From IMG/VR virus record IMGVR_UViG_2563366990_000010, positions 1-20,094 of that record: a stretch of DNA of 20,094 nucleotides; one strand, 5' to 3'. Each line of letters opens with the position of its first letter. Within the stretch, counting starts at the first letter, position 1. Positions 1 to 7,654 of this stretch are shown one piece after another. A program made the position numbers and the translations under genes. The notes beneath the pieces are model-generated. The model worked only from the letters and a program-made list of their open reading frames with translations. It did no database searches and was not told where the DNA came from. Source of the stretch: a virus (lineage: Duplodnaviria; Heunggongvirae; Uroviricota; Caudoviricetes).

Positions 1-243
1 TTATCTTGAAGGGTTAGTTGATGCGCCATTAACCTGAGCATTATTTCTTTCCCACTCCAGAATATCAGAAAGCCACCAACGATTGGGGTTTCCCTTTATT
101 GTTGGTTTAGGAAATGGTTTGCTGAGGGACTTTGGCTTTCTGTCTGGAGTACTCCAGAAATACAGAGTGCTTCGTGAAATTTTATATCGTTCCAGAATAT
201 CTTTGGTTAACAAGATTTCATTTGTTTTTGTAATGTCGTTCAT
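1..243 (-). CDS. AlpA-family excisionase / transcriptional regulator (Xis-like), 80 aa
   Basis: Complete ORF with stop at 1-3. The translation shows an AlpA-type HTH signature (ILLTKDILERYKISRSTLYFW ... NRWWLSDILEWE). GGAGA ribosome-binding site about 7 nt upstream of the ATG at 241-243. Sits at the distal end of the leftward operon where xis lies in lambdoid phages. Confidence 0.55.
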   Translation of the reverse strand: MNDITKTNEILLTKDILERYKISRSTLYFWSTPDRKPKSLSKPFPKPTIKGNPNRWWLSDILEWERNNAQVNGASTNPSR

Positions 244-272
244 TTTATTCTCCAGTTGAATTGTTTAATCAT

Positions 273-295
273 CGAAAAACCGCCCGAAGGCGGTT
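273..295 (-). terminator. Candidate intrinsic terminator on the minus strand between the 83-aa ORF and the xis-like gene
   Basis: Perfect 7-bp stem AACCGCC / GGCGGTT with a 4-nt loop at 278-295, followed on the minus strand by a U-run (plus-strand AAAAA at 275-279). Confidence 0.45.
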
Positions 296-296
296 G

Positions 297-548
297 TCAG
301 TTGATTGATGTGCGGCGCATTTTGCGAAGGCTGGCAATATGCTTTTCCTTCTCAATTTCTGCTTTAATCATGTGTAGTTCGTTGTGATCGATTCGCTCAA
401 ATTCTGCATTAAATGCGCTAATTGAAGCGGCTCTGGTTCTCCCATCCAGCCTTCGGAAGATTACCTGCGTCAGAGTGATTTTGCAGACTTCAACCGGATA
501 GTTGTTGGCATCGACGAAAGACTGCCCGCGCTGGATTAGAACGAACAC
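297..548 (-). CDS. Hypothetical protein, 83 aa
   Basis: ORF between exo and the xis-like gene; the first codon is GTG and the ribosome-binding site is weak. I recognise no family. Confidence 0.45.
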   Translation of the reverse strand: MFVLIQRGQSFVDANNYPVEVCKITLTQVIFRRLDGRTRAASISAFNAEFERIDHNELHMIKAEIEKEKHIASLRKMRRTSIN

Positions 549-596
549 CGGTAGTATTCCTTAATTGTCATATCATTTGCACCTCGTTGCTACTGG

Positions 597-1277
597 CTAT
601 CGCCATTGCTCCCCAAATACAAAACCAATTTCAGCCAGTGCCTCGTCCATTTTTTCGATGAACTCTGGCACCATTTCGTCAAAACCAGCCATGTATTTTT
701 CATCCCGTTCGACCACGACATAATGCAGTCCTTCACGCTTCATACGCGGGTCATAGTTGGCAAAGTACCAGGCATCTTTTCGTGTCACCCACATGCTGTA
801 CTGCACCTGGGCCATGTAAGCCGACTTTATGGCCTCGAAACCACCTAGCCGGAACTTCATGAAATCCCGGGAGGTAAACGGGCATTTCAGCTCAAGGCCG
901 TTGCCATCACTGCATAAACCATCGGGAGAGCAGGCGGTACGCATACTTTCGTCGCGATAGATGATCGGGGATTCAGTAACATTCACGCCGGAAGTGAACT
1001 CAAACAGGGTTCTGGCGTCGTTCTCGTACTGTTTTCCCCAGGCCAGCGCCTTAGCGTTAACTTCCGGAGCCACACCGGTGCAAACCTCGGCAAGCAGGGT
1101 GTGGAAGTAGGACATTTTCATGTCAGGCCATTTCTTTCCGGAGCGGGGTTTTGCTATCACGTTGTGAACTTCTGAAGCTGTGATGACGCCGAGCCGTAAT
1201 TTGTGCCACGCATCATCCCCCTGCACGATAGCTCTCACGTCGATCCCGGTACGCTGCAGGATAATGTCCGATGTCAT
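597..1277 (-). CDS. exo: Lambda-type 5'-3' exonuclease (Red alpha), 226 aa
   Basis: The translation is near-identical, from recall, to phage lambda Exo (YqaJ-type fold, same 226-aa length). Its start overlaps the bet stop. Confidence 0.95.
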   Translation of the reverse strand: MTSDIILQRTGIDVRAIVQGDDAWHKLRLGVITASEVHNVIAKPRSGKKWPDMKMSYFHTLLAEVCTGVAPEVNAKALAWGKQYENDARTLFEFTSGVNVTESPIIYRDESMRTACSPDGLCSDGNGLELKCPFTSRDFMKFRLGGFEAIKSAYMAQVQYSMWVTRKDAWYFANYDPRMKREGLHYVVVERDEKYMAGFDEMVPEFIEKMDEALAEIGFVFGEQWR

Positions 1278-2059
1278 ATTGCCACCTTCTGCTCTGCGGC
1301 TTTCTGTTTCAGGAATCCAAGAGCTTTCACTGCTTCGTCCTGTTTCAGTTCTGACAATGCACGAATGTCGCGGCGAAATATCTGGGAACAGAGCGGCAAT
1401 AAGTCGTCATCCCATGTTTTATCCAGGGCGATCAGCAGAGTGTTAATCTCCTGCATGGTTTCATCGTTAACCGGAGTGATGTCGCGTTCCGGCTGATGTT
1501 CTGCAGTGTGTGCGGTATTTTCGACAATGCGCTCGGCTTCATCCTTGTCATAGATACCCGCAAATCCGAAGGCCAGCCGGGCACACTGAATCATGGCTTT
1601 ATGCCGTAACATCCGTTTGGGATGCGACTGCCACGGCCCCGTAATTTCTTTGCCTTCTCGGGTTTTGAATGGTGCGCGGCGACATTCATCCATCCACTCG
1701 GTAACGCAGATCGGGTGATTGCGATCTTTGCGGTAAATCCGGCATGTACAGGACTCATTGTCCTGCTCAAAGTCCATGCCATCAAACTGCTGGTTTTCAT
1801 TGATAATGCGGGACCAGCCATCAACGCCAACCACCGGAACGATGCCGTTCTGCTTGTCAGGGAAGGCGTAAATTTCTTTCGTCCAGGGATTAAGGCCGTA
1901 CTGGTTGGCGACGATCAACAATGCGATAAATTGCGCATCGCTGGCATCACCTTTAAATGCCGTCTGGCGAAGAGTGGTGATTAGTTCCTGTGGGTCGACA
2001 GAATCCATGCCGACACGTTCAGCCAGCTTCCCTGCCAGCGTTGCGAGTGCTGTACTCAT
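1274..2059 (-). CDS. bet: Lambda-type single-strand annealing protein (Red beta), 261 aa
   Basis: The translation is near-identical, from recall, to lambda Bet (261 aa, RecT/Red-beta family). Lies directly between gam and exo as in lambda. Confidence 0.95.
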   Translation of the reverse strand: MSTALATLAGKLAERVGMDSVDPQELITTLRQTAFKGDASDAQFIALLIVANQYGLNPWTKEIYAFPDKQNGIVPVVGVDGWSRIINENQQFDGMDFEQDNESCTCRIYRKDRNHPICVTEWMDECRRAPFKTREGKEITGPWQSHPKRMLRHKAMIQCARLAFGFAGIYDKDEAERIVENTAHTAEHQPERDITPVNDETMQEINTLLIALDKTWDDDLLPLCSQIFRRDIRALSELKQDEAVKALGFLKQKAAEQKVAI

Positions 2060-2064
2060 CCGTT

Positions 2065-2361
2065 TTATACCTCTGAATCAATATTAATTTGGTGACGGGC
2101 GATGGTTTCAGCCATGTAGCGGATGTGTTCTGCCATGCGTTCCTGAAAATCGACATCGTCATCAAATGCACGGGAAATAGCTTTTTTGCTGGCCCCGTGA
2201 CGTTGCAGATTATCGATGCATAGCGATTCAAACAGGTGTTGGGGCAGACCTTTTTCCAGGTCGTCTGCCAGCTCAGCTTCAGTTTCTTCACGGGCAATTT
2301 GCTGGTAGTGTCGTGCCCATGACTGCTCTTCAATGCGATCGGGGATAAGCCAGGCATTCAT
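2065..2361 (-). CDS. gam: RecBCD inhibitor Gam, short 98-aa form
   Basis: The translation matches the lambda Gam C-terminal domain ([14 protein letters not shown] ... [20 protein letters not shown]). Its ATG overlaps the upstream ORF stop (ATGA), so only the 98-aa form is encoded here. Confidence 0.92.
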   Translation of the reverse strand: MNAWLIPDRIEEQSWARHYQQIAREETEAELADDLEKGLPQHLFESLCIDNLQRHGASKKAISRAFDDDVDFQERMAEHIRYMAETIARHQINIDSEV

Positions 2362-4430
2362 GATTTATCACCTCCGAAATTTTCAAGCCTGTTGGCAATC
2401 ATGATGGCGATATCAGGGATTGCTGGCGCTGTGGCTATACATGCGGGGTTGGCGCACAAACCATAGACGGCGGCAATCACGAGCTGTCTTTTCCAGTCGA
2501 GAGTTACTGGCTCAGAATTGGCGTCATCGCCGGACGTATCACTGCCTGGCTCGTTCTGAACAACGGTTTCGCCCTCCTGAGCGGCATCAACAGAGTTTTC
2601 CTGAATGATCTTCTCCTCAGTTTGTGCTGAGTCTTCTCCATCAGCGGCGTCATTTTCTCCAAAAGTTTCTGTGTAAGTGCTATCGCCCATTACCGCACTA
2701 CAGTCAGGGCAGTTACCCCCGCCAGTCTGACCACAGACGCGGCAGTTTTTTTCCAGCTCCGGTTGCGCTACTGGGGCTGGCTGTTGCTCTTCTGGCCCGT
2801 TTTGTTGCGTATCCGGGCTGTTTTGTCCCGCTTCTGGGGCAATTTGTTCCACTTTGGACTGATTCTGGTCCTCAGTGTCGCGAGCCTGGATCCCCTTAAT
2901 CCACTTCGGGTCGGTTGGGTCGCTGATGCCTTCAACGAATTCTCCTCGAGAAGCTGCCAGTAATTTGTCGGCATCGACTGGATTCCTGGGGGGAATGTTT
3001 TCCCTGGCTTTATTGAGTTCCTCCCGCAGCTTCTGGTATTTCGTTTCTACAGATGAGACATTTTCCAGTGATTGCGTGTCCTCATTATGTTTAACTGGAA
3101 TTTTTTCCACTGATTCAGGCGCTGCCTGTTCATTAGCCATTGTGTCTGATGCTTGCTGCTTTTCTTCATCGTTATGTTTCTCTTCTGTTGTTCCGCGCTG
3201 CGGCATCGGGGCTGATGAGCGACCGCAGGCAATTTCCACGATCTCCGGATCCGGGTTAGTGTGATCGGTTTCGGTTAACACTTTGTTGAGATACTCAGTC
3301 ACGCGTGCCGGGATGGCCTCAATGCCGATTGGTGCTTCTTTCACGGAAGCCACCACAATGGCGCGGGAATAATCCAGCCCACCGGGCATGGCGATAAATT
3401 TGTCGCGAAAAACAGAAAAGGGCGGCTTATTCTCTGACACGATTTCTTCAACGCGTTTTGCGTGTGCTGGGTGCAGGTTATAAATATCCACATCCATTGA
3501 ACGGGCCAGAACGCCGGTGGCTACATCTCGTGCGAGTGATGTCTTATCATGTTTGAATCCTTCACCACGATCGGTAATATTTCCGCCGCCAGCGTTAGCA
3601 CCGGAAGGCGTACGGGTAATGCCTGAAACATAATTTCCGTTCTGCCATTCTTTTGTCAGCAGGCCCTGATCAAGGTAGTCAGTTTTCATCCAGGTGGAAA
3701 TGAACTTGTCGAATTCAGCCGGGCTGATGCGATGATTTGCAGAGTGGGGGAATGCTTTCCCTACAGATTCAGCCAGGCGACTAAGGTGATAGTTCGTCAG
3801 TTTATCCAGTTCATGATGCGCGGCGCGCACAGCAGTAAGCAGGCTCTGAAGGTAACTGTCCTCTGTGTCCATCTCCATACGGATCACGTTATTGCGTTGT
3901 TCTGGTGTGGCATGATGCCGGTATTTTCCATCTTCATCTTTGCTGAATAAGAAGAGGTGAAGGAAGCGATGAGTAAGGCTCAGAGTGGCGACGGGAATTT
4001 CACACTCAGAACAGTCATCGTCGCTGTCCGGGGATTCGTTTTTCTCCACATCATCCGGAATAGTTCCGTCCGGGTCATCGTTGTCATCGCCAGCAGTTGT
4101 GGCATCTTCACCGTTGATGTTGTCATTGAAGGGTATAGCCATCATGGTGATGCCATCTTCCCCGCCTTTTTCATAGCGGTTGCAGAATTCAGTATCAAAC
4201 ACGCCTTCCGGTGGAAGGTCATTCACGACGGGGAAATTTACGCGAACGGGTTTTTTGAAATCATCCTCGTCGTAGCCTGCATCGTCCATGGCTGCAATGC
4301 AGCGGGAAACTGCGACAGAAAGTTTTCTGGCATCAGCCCAGAAAAAACCGCCTTTGATGCCAAGGCGTTTTCTGACTTTATCGTTTTTTGCTTCGCAGTG
4401 TAGTGCAAAAGTCTGTTTATCAGCGCTCAT
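2358..4430 (-). CDS. Large acidic hypothetical protein, 690 aa
   Basis: Uninterrupted 2073-nt ORF in the leftward early operon immediately upstream of gam, translationally coupled to it. Contains poly-acidic low-complexity tracts, a C-x2-C-x8-C-x2-C motif ([15 protein letters not shown]) and a hydrophobic C-terminal segment. I recognise no family. Confidence 0.8.
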   Translation of the reverse strand: MSADKQTFALHCEAKNDKVRKRLGIKGGFFWADARKLSVAVSRCIAAMDDAGYDEDDFKKPVRVNFPVVNDLPPEGVFDTEFCNRYEKGGEDGITMMAIPFNDNINGEDATTAGDDNDDPDGTIPDDVEKNESPDSDDDCSECEIPVATLSLTHRFLHLFLFSKDEDGKYRHHATPEQRNNVIRMEMDTEDSYLQSLLTAVRAAHHELDKLTNYHLSRLAESVGKAFPHSANHRISPAEFDKFISTWMKTDYLDQGLLTKEWQNGNYVSGITRTPSGANAGGGNITDRGEGFKHDKTSLARDVATGVLARSMDVDIYNLHPAHAKRVEEIVSENKPPFSVFRDKFIAMPGGLDYSRAIVVASVKEAPIGIEAIPARVTEYLNKVLTETDHTNPDPEIVEIACGRSSAPMPQRGTTEEKHNDEEKQQASDTMANEQAAPESVEKIPVKHNEDTQSLENVSSVETKYQKLREELNKARENIPPRNPVDADKLLAASRGEFVEGISDPTDPKWIKGIQARDTEDQNQSKVEQIAPEAGQNSPDTQQNGPEEQQPAPVAQPELEKNCRVCGQTGGGNCPDCSAVMGDSTYTETFGENDAADGEDSAQTEEKIIQENSVDAAQEGETVVQNEPGSDTSGDDANSEPVTLDWKRQLVIAAVYGLCANPACIATAPAIPDIAIMIANRLENFGGDKS

Positions 4431-4504
4431 TGTATTTAAACCTCTGGCTGGATTAGAATTAGAGGCCCTTTGTCTGATTTCTCCGAATACGGTGACGCAG
4501 GGAG

Positions 4505-4538
4505 AAATCCGGTAGCCTGCGCTGCCGGATTTTTATTT
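4505..4538 (+). terminator. Hairpin plus T-run oriented as a plus-strand intrinsic terminator (possibly bidirectional)
   Basis: 8-bp perfect stem AAATCCGG / CCGGATTT at 4505-4532 with a 12-nt loop, followed by TTATTT on the plus strand. Sits at the 3' end of the minus-strand 128-aa gene. Confidence 0.4.
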
Positions 4539-4924
4539 CAGTGGAAGGTTGCCTGGTTTGCTGTTTTGTGAGTTGTTTTTCCCTTTTCGTGCTGGCATTC
4601 AGAGCAGTCGCACTCAGAATTTTCTCTTGCAAATTCAAGAGCCTGCGCCAGTGTATGGATTTGTTGTGCTCCAATGTTGCTTCTGACGACTTCACATGCA
4701 GCATGAATATATGGGCTTGGTGTTTTGCCATTTAACCCACATGAAACCAAACGACTGTCTTTATATTCGTTATTTCCAACTTCTGTAAGCACTGAAAAAG
4801 AAAATACAAAGTCGATTTTGTATTCTTTGCATATTTTACTGATGCGTTCTGCAATTTCTTTGAGTTCATTTATTGCATCAGGACTGGTTTCGGAAAATAT
4901 TTCATTTTGCGCAAGTTCTTTCAT
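4538..4924 (-). CDS. Hypothetical protein, 128 aa, in an AT-rich block
   Basis: ORF with soluble-looking composition and a Cys-rich C-terminal patch (ECDCSECQHEKGK). Local base composition is visibly more AT-rich than the flanking Red genes. No clear ribosome-binding site. Confidence 0.5.
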   Translation of the reverse strand: MKELAQNEIFSETSPDAINELKEIAERISKICKEYKIDFVFSFSVLTEVGNNEYKDSRLVSCGLNGKTPSPYIHAACEVVRSNIGAQQIHTLAQALEFARENSECDCSECQHEKGKTTHKTANQATFH

Positions 4925-4997
4925 TTTGATTTTTCCGTGATTGATAATTAATGCGGTTTTTATTTCGGCAGATATGGAAGGTGTATTTTATTACTCG

Positions 4998-5219
4998 TCA
5001 CAACGACTCTGCTTTTACGGGTAAGCCATCGCGCCCGATGAAAACTTTAATCATGCAGTCGGTAATGCATGTTTTTGTTGTGAAGTTACGAATATAGAGT
5101 TTTCTCTTTTCAATATTGTTTGCTGAAGCGATATATGTCCGACCTTCATGAAGAACATAATCGCCAGGCGTCACGCACTGACGTGGTATTTCATCAGTTC
5201 CGAAGTGATGAGCAATCAT
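4998..5219 (-). CDS. Hypothetical protein, about 73 aa
   Basis: The ORF track gives 4998-5237 from a GTG. I place the start at the ATG at 5217-5219, which has a GGAG 7 nt upstream. AT-rich. Confidence 0.4.
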   Translation of the reverse strand: MIAHHFGTDEIPRQCVTPGDYVLHEGRTYIASANNIEKRKLYIRNFTTKTCITDCMIKVFIGRDGLPVKAESL

Positions 5220-5676
5220 AATTATCTCCATTTTCACAAATGAACTTTGTTGATGCGGTGCCTGGTGCCTCCAGGTGGCGTTAACCAGTTAACAATTAAC
5301 GCCGGGTCAGGGGACGATGACTTTCCGTGACATCCTGTCGGTTTAACTGTTCCGCGTGCGCTGAGCCGCATTCACCGCATCACAAAATTCACTTTAAAAA
5401 GGGCGGACATCAGCAATCGGCAAACCGATATCCGCCAAGGGTTACACACAGCAATGTTGTTATTCACAACCGGAAGCGCACGGTCGAAGAAATCTAACGA
5501 CAATCCTTCTATGGGAAAGAGTCTTCGCCTCGCGCTTTCGTGTAGTACCCTGGCTTTTCAGGGTAATGTCTGTTCAGTAAAGTGAGAGTGCCGGAACTCA
5601 CCCGTGTCCGGCGCACGATCTCCACCTCACCCGTGGAGAACTCCTCAACTACAAACCCCGTAAGGAGAGTGAATTT

Positions 5677-5886
5677 ATGACACAAGAAGAAAAAGTGATG
5701 TTTCTGATGCGGCTGGCTGTCGATACCTACAACACACAATTCAGGGAGAAAGATATACCTCAAAAGGCAGTTCCTGCCGCGGTAGATAAGGGCGGTGCTA
5801 TTGCCGTATTTTACGATGCATTTGAATCATTTTTTGATGAAAAACTCGACGCTGTTAGCGACTTCGGAACATCGAGTAATAAATAA
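5677..5886 (+). CDS. Hypothetical protein, 69 aa, plus-strand gene inside the leftward operon region
   Basis: Strong AAGGAG ribosome-binding site 8 nt before the ATG at 5677. Preceded by a 437-bp structured non-coding region. Its 3' end overlaps the convergent 119-aa ORF by about 30 nt. Confidence 0.5.
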   Translation: MTQEEKVMFLMRLAVDTYNTQFREKDIPQKAVPAAVDKGGAIAVFYDAFESFFDEKLDAVSDFGTSSNK

Positions 5887-6214
5887 CGTTCATTACGGTT
5901 CTTAAACAACAATCAGTGGGCTTGATGTTGTTCTTTTCAAGCTCACTTGCCATCACTTCCATTATTCTTGCGCTTACACGAATTATTTGGTGGCTGTAAG
6001 CGACGCAACTATCGCTGATATTGCTGTTTATTTCTATTACTTCATTTTCACTGGCGGCGCTAAATTTGGATATGCCGTTTCCATTGTCCTGTTTCAGTGC
6101 TGTTTCCGCTATCCGGATGCGTTCCTGCGTTGCGGAATTTGGGCTAAGTCGATAAACCTGTCTGGCATCTTCCAGAAGCAGGGCGATAATGTGCTTCAGT
6201 TCTGTTTCATTCAT
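5855..6214 (-). CDS. Hypothetical protein, about 119 aa
   Basis: The ORF track gives 5855-6235. I place the start at the internal ATG at 6212-6214, which has a GGAG 7 nt upstream. Confidence 0.5.
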   Translation of the reverse strand: MNETELKHIIALLLEDARQVYRLSPNSATQERIRIAETALKQDNGNGISKFSAASENEVIEINSNISDSCVAYSHQIIRVSARIMEVMASELEKNNIKPTDCCLRTVMNVIYYSMFRSR

Positions 6215-6245
6215 AGTTAACTCCGGTAGTTGCAATTTATTAATA

Positions 6246-6431
6246 TCAGGCGGTCAGCTCTTTAAGCTTCTGAACTGCTTTATTCATTTCATCCATACAG
6301 TCGATGAATTCGTCCAGTTTAAGCTGCATTTTTCCGGCGGCCTGAAGAATTTCAAGTTTTAAGGGCGCAAGTTTTTTGTTGTAATCGACGCAGGTTATTA
6401 ACTCGCGGCCAGTAATATTTTGGCTTGGCAC
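6246..6431 (-). CDS. Possible small ORF (61 aa) or the frameshifted C-terminal part of the upstream gene
   Basis: Begins with GTG and a weak ribosome-binding site. Overlaps the 3' end of the 6352-6633 ORF by 80 nt in another frame; its translation looks more helical and protein-like than the alternative frame. Confidence 0.25.
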   Translation of the reverse strand: MPSQNITGRELITCVDYNKKLAPLKLEILQAAGKMQLKLDEFIDCMDEMNKAVQKLKELTA

Positions 6432-6633
6432 GAGATCCGGGTCTTGAACCTACACAAACTATATAGCTCTCTTCTTTCCTCGGAAGGCCAGGTGCATCCA
6501 GCAGACGGCCTAGTTCGAATTTTTTTACGTTGACACCAGGAGGAATCACCTCGACGATAAACCCGATTTTTACCTTCGTTACACCGTTTGATGAGCTTGA
6601 CCATTTAACTTCATCGTTCAATTTGAACTTCAT
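6352..6633 (-). CDS. Hypothetical protein, about 93 aa, first gene after N
   Basis: GAGG ribosome-binding site 6 nt before the ATG at 6631-6633. Starts 9 nt after the N stop. The C-terminal 26 residues look atypical (see the frameshift finding). Confidence 0.5.
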   Translation of the reverse strand: MKFKLNDEVKWSSSSNGVTKVKIGFIVEVIPPGVNVKKFELGRLLDAPGLPRKEESYIVCVGSRPGSRAKPKYYWPRVNNLRRLQQKTCALKT

Positions 6634-6641
6634 CATTAACC

Positions 6642-6947
6642 TCAATCGTAATAAGCCGGAATTGATTTTCCGCGTTGTTTCTGGCGGCCTGAGCAAGTCA
6701 CACCCATTTCACTGCGTGGTTTGCGGTAGTAAATACGGTTCTGTTTACTCTCGACTTCTTCTGCCTTCTTGCAGCGAAGGCTTCCGAGTGATACTGCTTT
6801 GTCTGCTCCGACGCAACCAGAGATCTTTAGCGCAATCTTCCGTGTCAGTCTTTCACTACTGCGCCGCTCTGCAATAAGTTCTTCCCTGCGAGCTTTATAG
6901 CGGCTTTTTGCCGTACCTTTGGATTCTTTCCAGATTATGGTTACCAT
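6642..6947 (-). CDS. N: N-type transcription antiterminator, phage-21-like arginine-rich motif, about 101 aa
   Basis: Small, very basic protein whose N-terminus carries GTAKSRYKARREELIAERR, matching the arginine-rich motif of phage 21 N as I recall it. AAGGAG ribosome-binding site 6 nt before the ATG at 6945-6947. boxA/boxB lie directly upstream on the same strand. Confidence 0.8.
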   Translation of the reverse strand: MVTIIWKESKGTAKSRYKARREELIAERRSSERLTRKIALKISGCVGADKAVSLGSLRCKKAEEVESKQNRIYYRKPRSEMGVTCSGRQKQRGKSIPAYYD

Positions 6948-7057
6948 GATGGTCTCCTTTAAGTGGCTTTGGTGTATGACGCGTCGAGGTGTTTTTCTTC
7001 TCGATCGCGGCCTTGCAACTGAAATTCGCGTCATCCCCAAAACCACTTAGATTTTGG

Positions 7058-7098
7058 TCTCAACGGTTAGGTTGAGAGTCCATCAATGTTAAAGAGCC
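7058..7098 (-). promoter_or_regulatory. nutL: boxA plus boxB hairpin
   Basis: On the minus strand GGCTCTTTAACATTG (boxA-like; plus-strand 7084-7098) is followed by the hairpin TCTCAAC-CTAACC-GTTGAGA (7-bp perfect stem; plus-strand 7058-7077), just upstream of N. Confidence 0.7.
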
Positions 7099-7146
7099 GG
7101 CCAATCTGTTCCGTTTGGCTTCCAGCGTCCTGCTGTTGAATTGAAG

Positions 7147-7209
7147 ATAACCTAAGTTATCTGGTTGCGCAATAACTATATTTATCATTTTATGAAAAAC
7201 GTTATAAAT
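7147..7209. promoter_or_regulatory. OL operator cluster overlapping the leftward early promoter
   Basis: 14-bp sites of form ATAAC-N4-GTTAT: ATAACCTAAGTTAT (7147-7160), ATAACTATATTTAT (7172-7185) and a degenerate third near 7196-7209, about 24-25 bp centre to centre. Same consensus as the OR sites. Confidence 0.5.
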
Positions 7210-7280
7210 GACTGATAACAAAAATATTTTATTTTTTGTGGTATCCGCGTGATATTTTCAAGGGGGAAAGGCTGATTGTT

Positions 7281-7502
7281 ATGGGTGATTGCATGTTAAT
7301 CGAAGGGGAATTTGGTGTGTTGCACCAGCGGGTAGTCGAAATTCTAGGGGTGTCGTTGCTTGAGGTTATTGCTACTGGGGAAGCTATTTCAGCAGATGCT
7401 ATTGCGGGAATGATCCGAGTGCTTCACCATGATGAATTGGATGATCTCGCTGTGAAGTTAGCTATAGATGTGTTACTTCAGGATATGCGACTGTGTAATT
7501 AA
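7281..7502 (+). CDS. Hypothetical protein, about 73 aa, between OL and cI on the opposite strand
   Basis: The ORF track gives 7236-7502 from a TTG. I place the start at the ATG at 7281, which has a G-rich ribosome-binding site (AAGGGGGAAAGG). Occupies the slot where lambda carries rexAB. No family recognised. Confidence 0.35.
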   Translation: MGDCMLIEGEFGVLHQRVVEILGVSLLEVIATGEAISADAIAGMIRVLHHDELDDLAVKLAIDVLLQDMRLCN

Positions 7503-7530
7503 GTAAATAAAACCCGGCACTGGAGCCGGG
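7503..7530 (-). terminator. Intrinsic terminator downstream of cI (minus strand)
   Basis: Perfect 6-bp GC stem CCCGGC / GCCGGG at 7513-7530 with a 6-nt loop, followed on the minus strand by UUUUAUUUAC (plus 7503-7512 A-rich). Confidence 0.55.
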
Positions 7531-7654
7531 GGATTTAGAAATGGCATTTTATGAATTGGCTACTTGGCGAATGGTTTACCATCGGTGGTATTGAGCACAA
7601 TAAAAAGCCGTTCTTCGTGAGTGTTCTTATAGCAAAAGTTCAGTTGGAGTCTGA

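Noticed and set aside
1180-2087. Plus-strand ORFs overlapping exo and bet
   Set aside because: They are antisense to genes with near-identity to lambda exo and bet and have no start signals.
2065-2480. Long GamL form (about 138 aa) of gam
   Set aside because: The reading frame upstream of the gam ATG is occupied by the 3' end of the 690-aa ORF with an ATGA overlap, so only the 98-aa form is supported.
2420-3264. Plus-strand ORFs of 62-129 aa inside the 690-aa gene
   Set aside because: They lie antisense within a long uninterrupted ORF, have low-complexity translations rich in Ser/Leu/Arg/Cys, and lack ribosome-binding sites.
6642-7046. 134-aa version of N starting at 7046
   Set aside because: The extension would run through the boxA/boxB nut site and has no ribosome-binding site; the ATG at 6945 has AAGGAG at 6-nt spacing and begins just before the arginine-rich motif.
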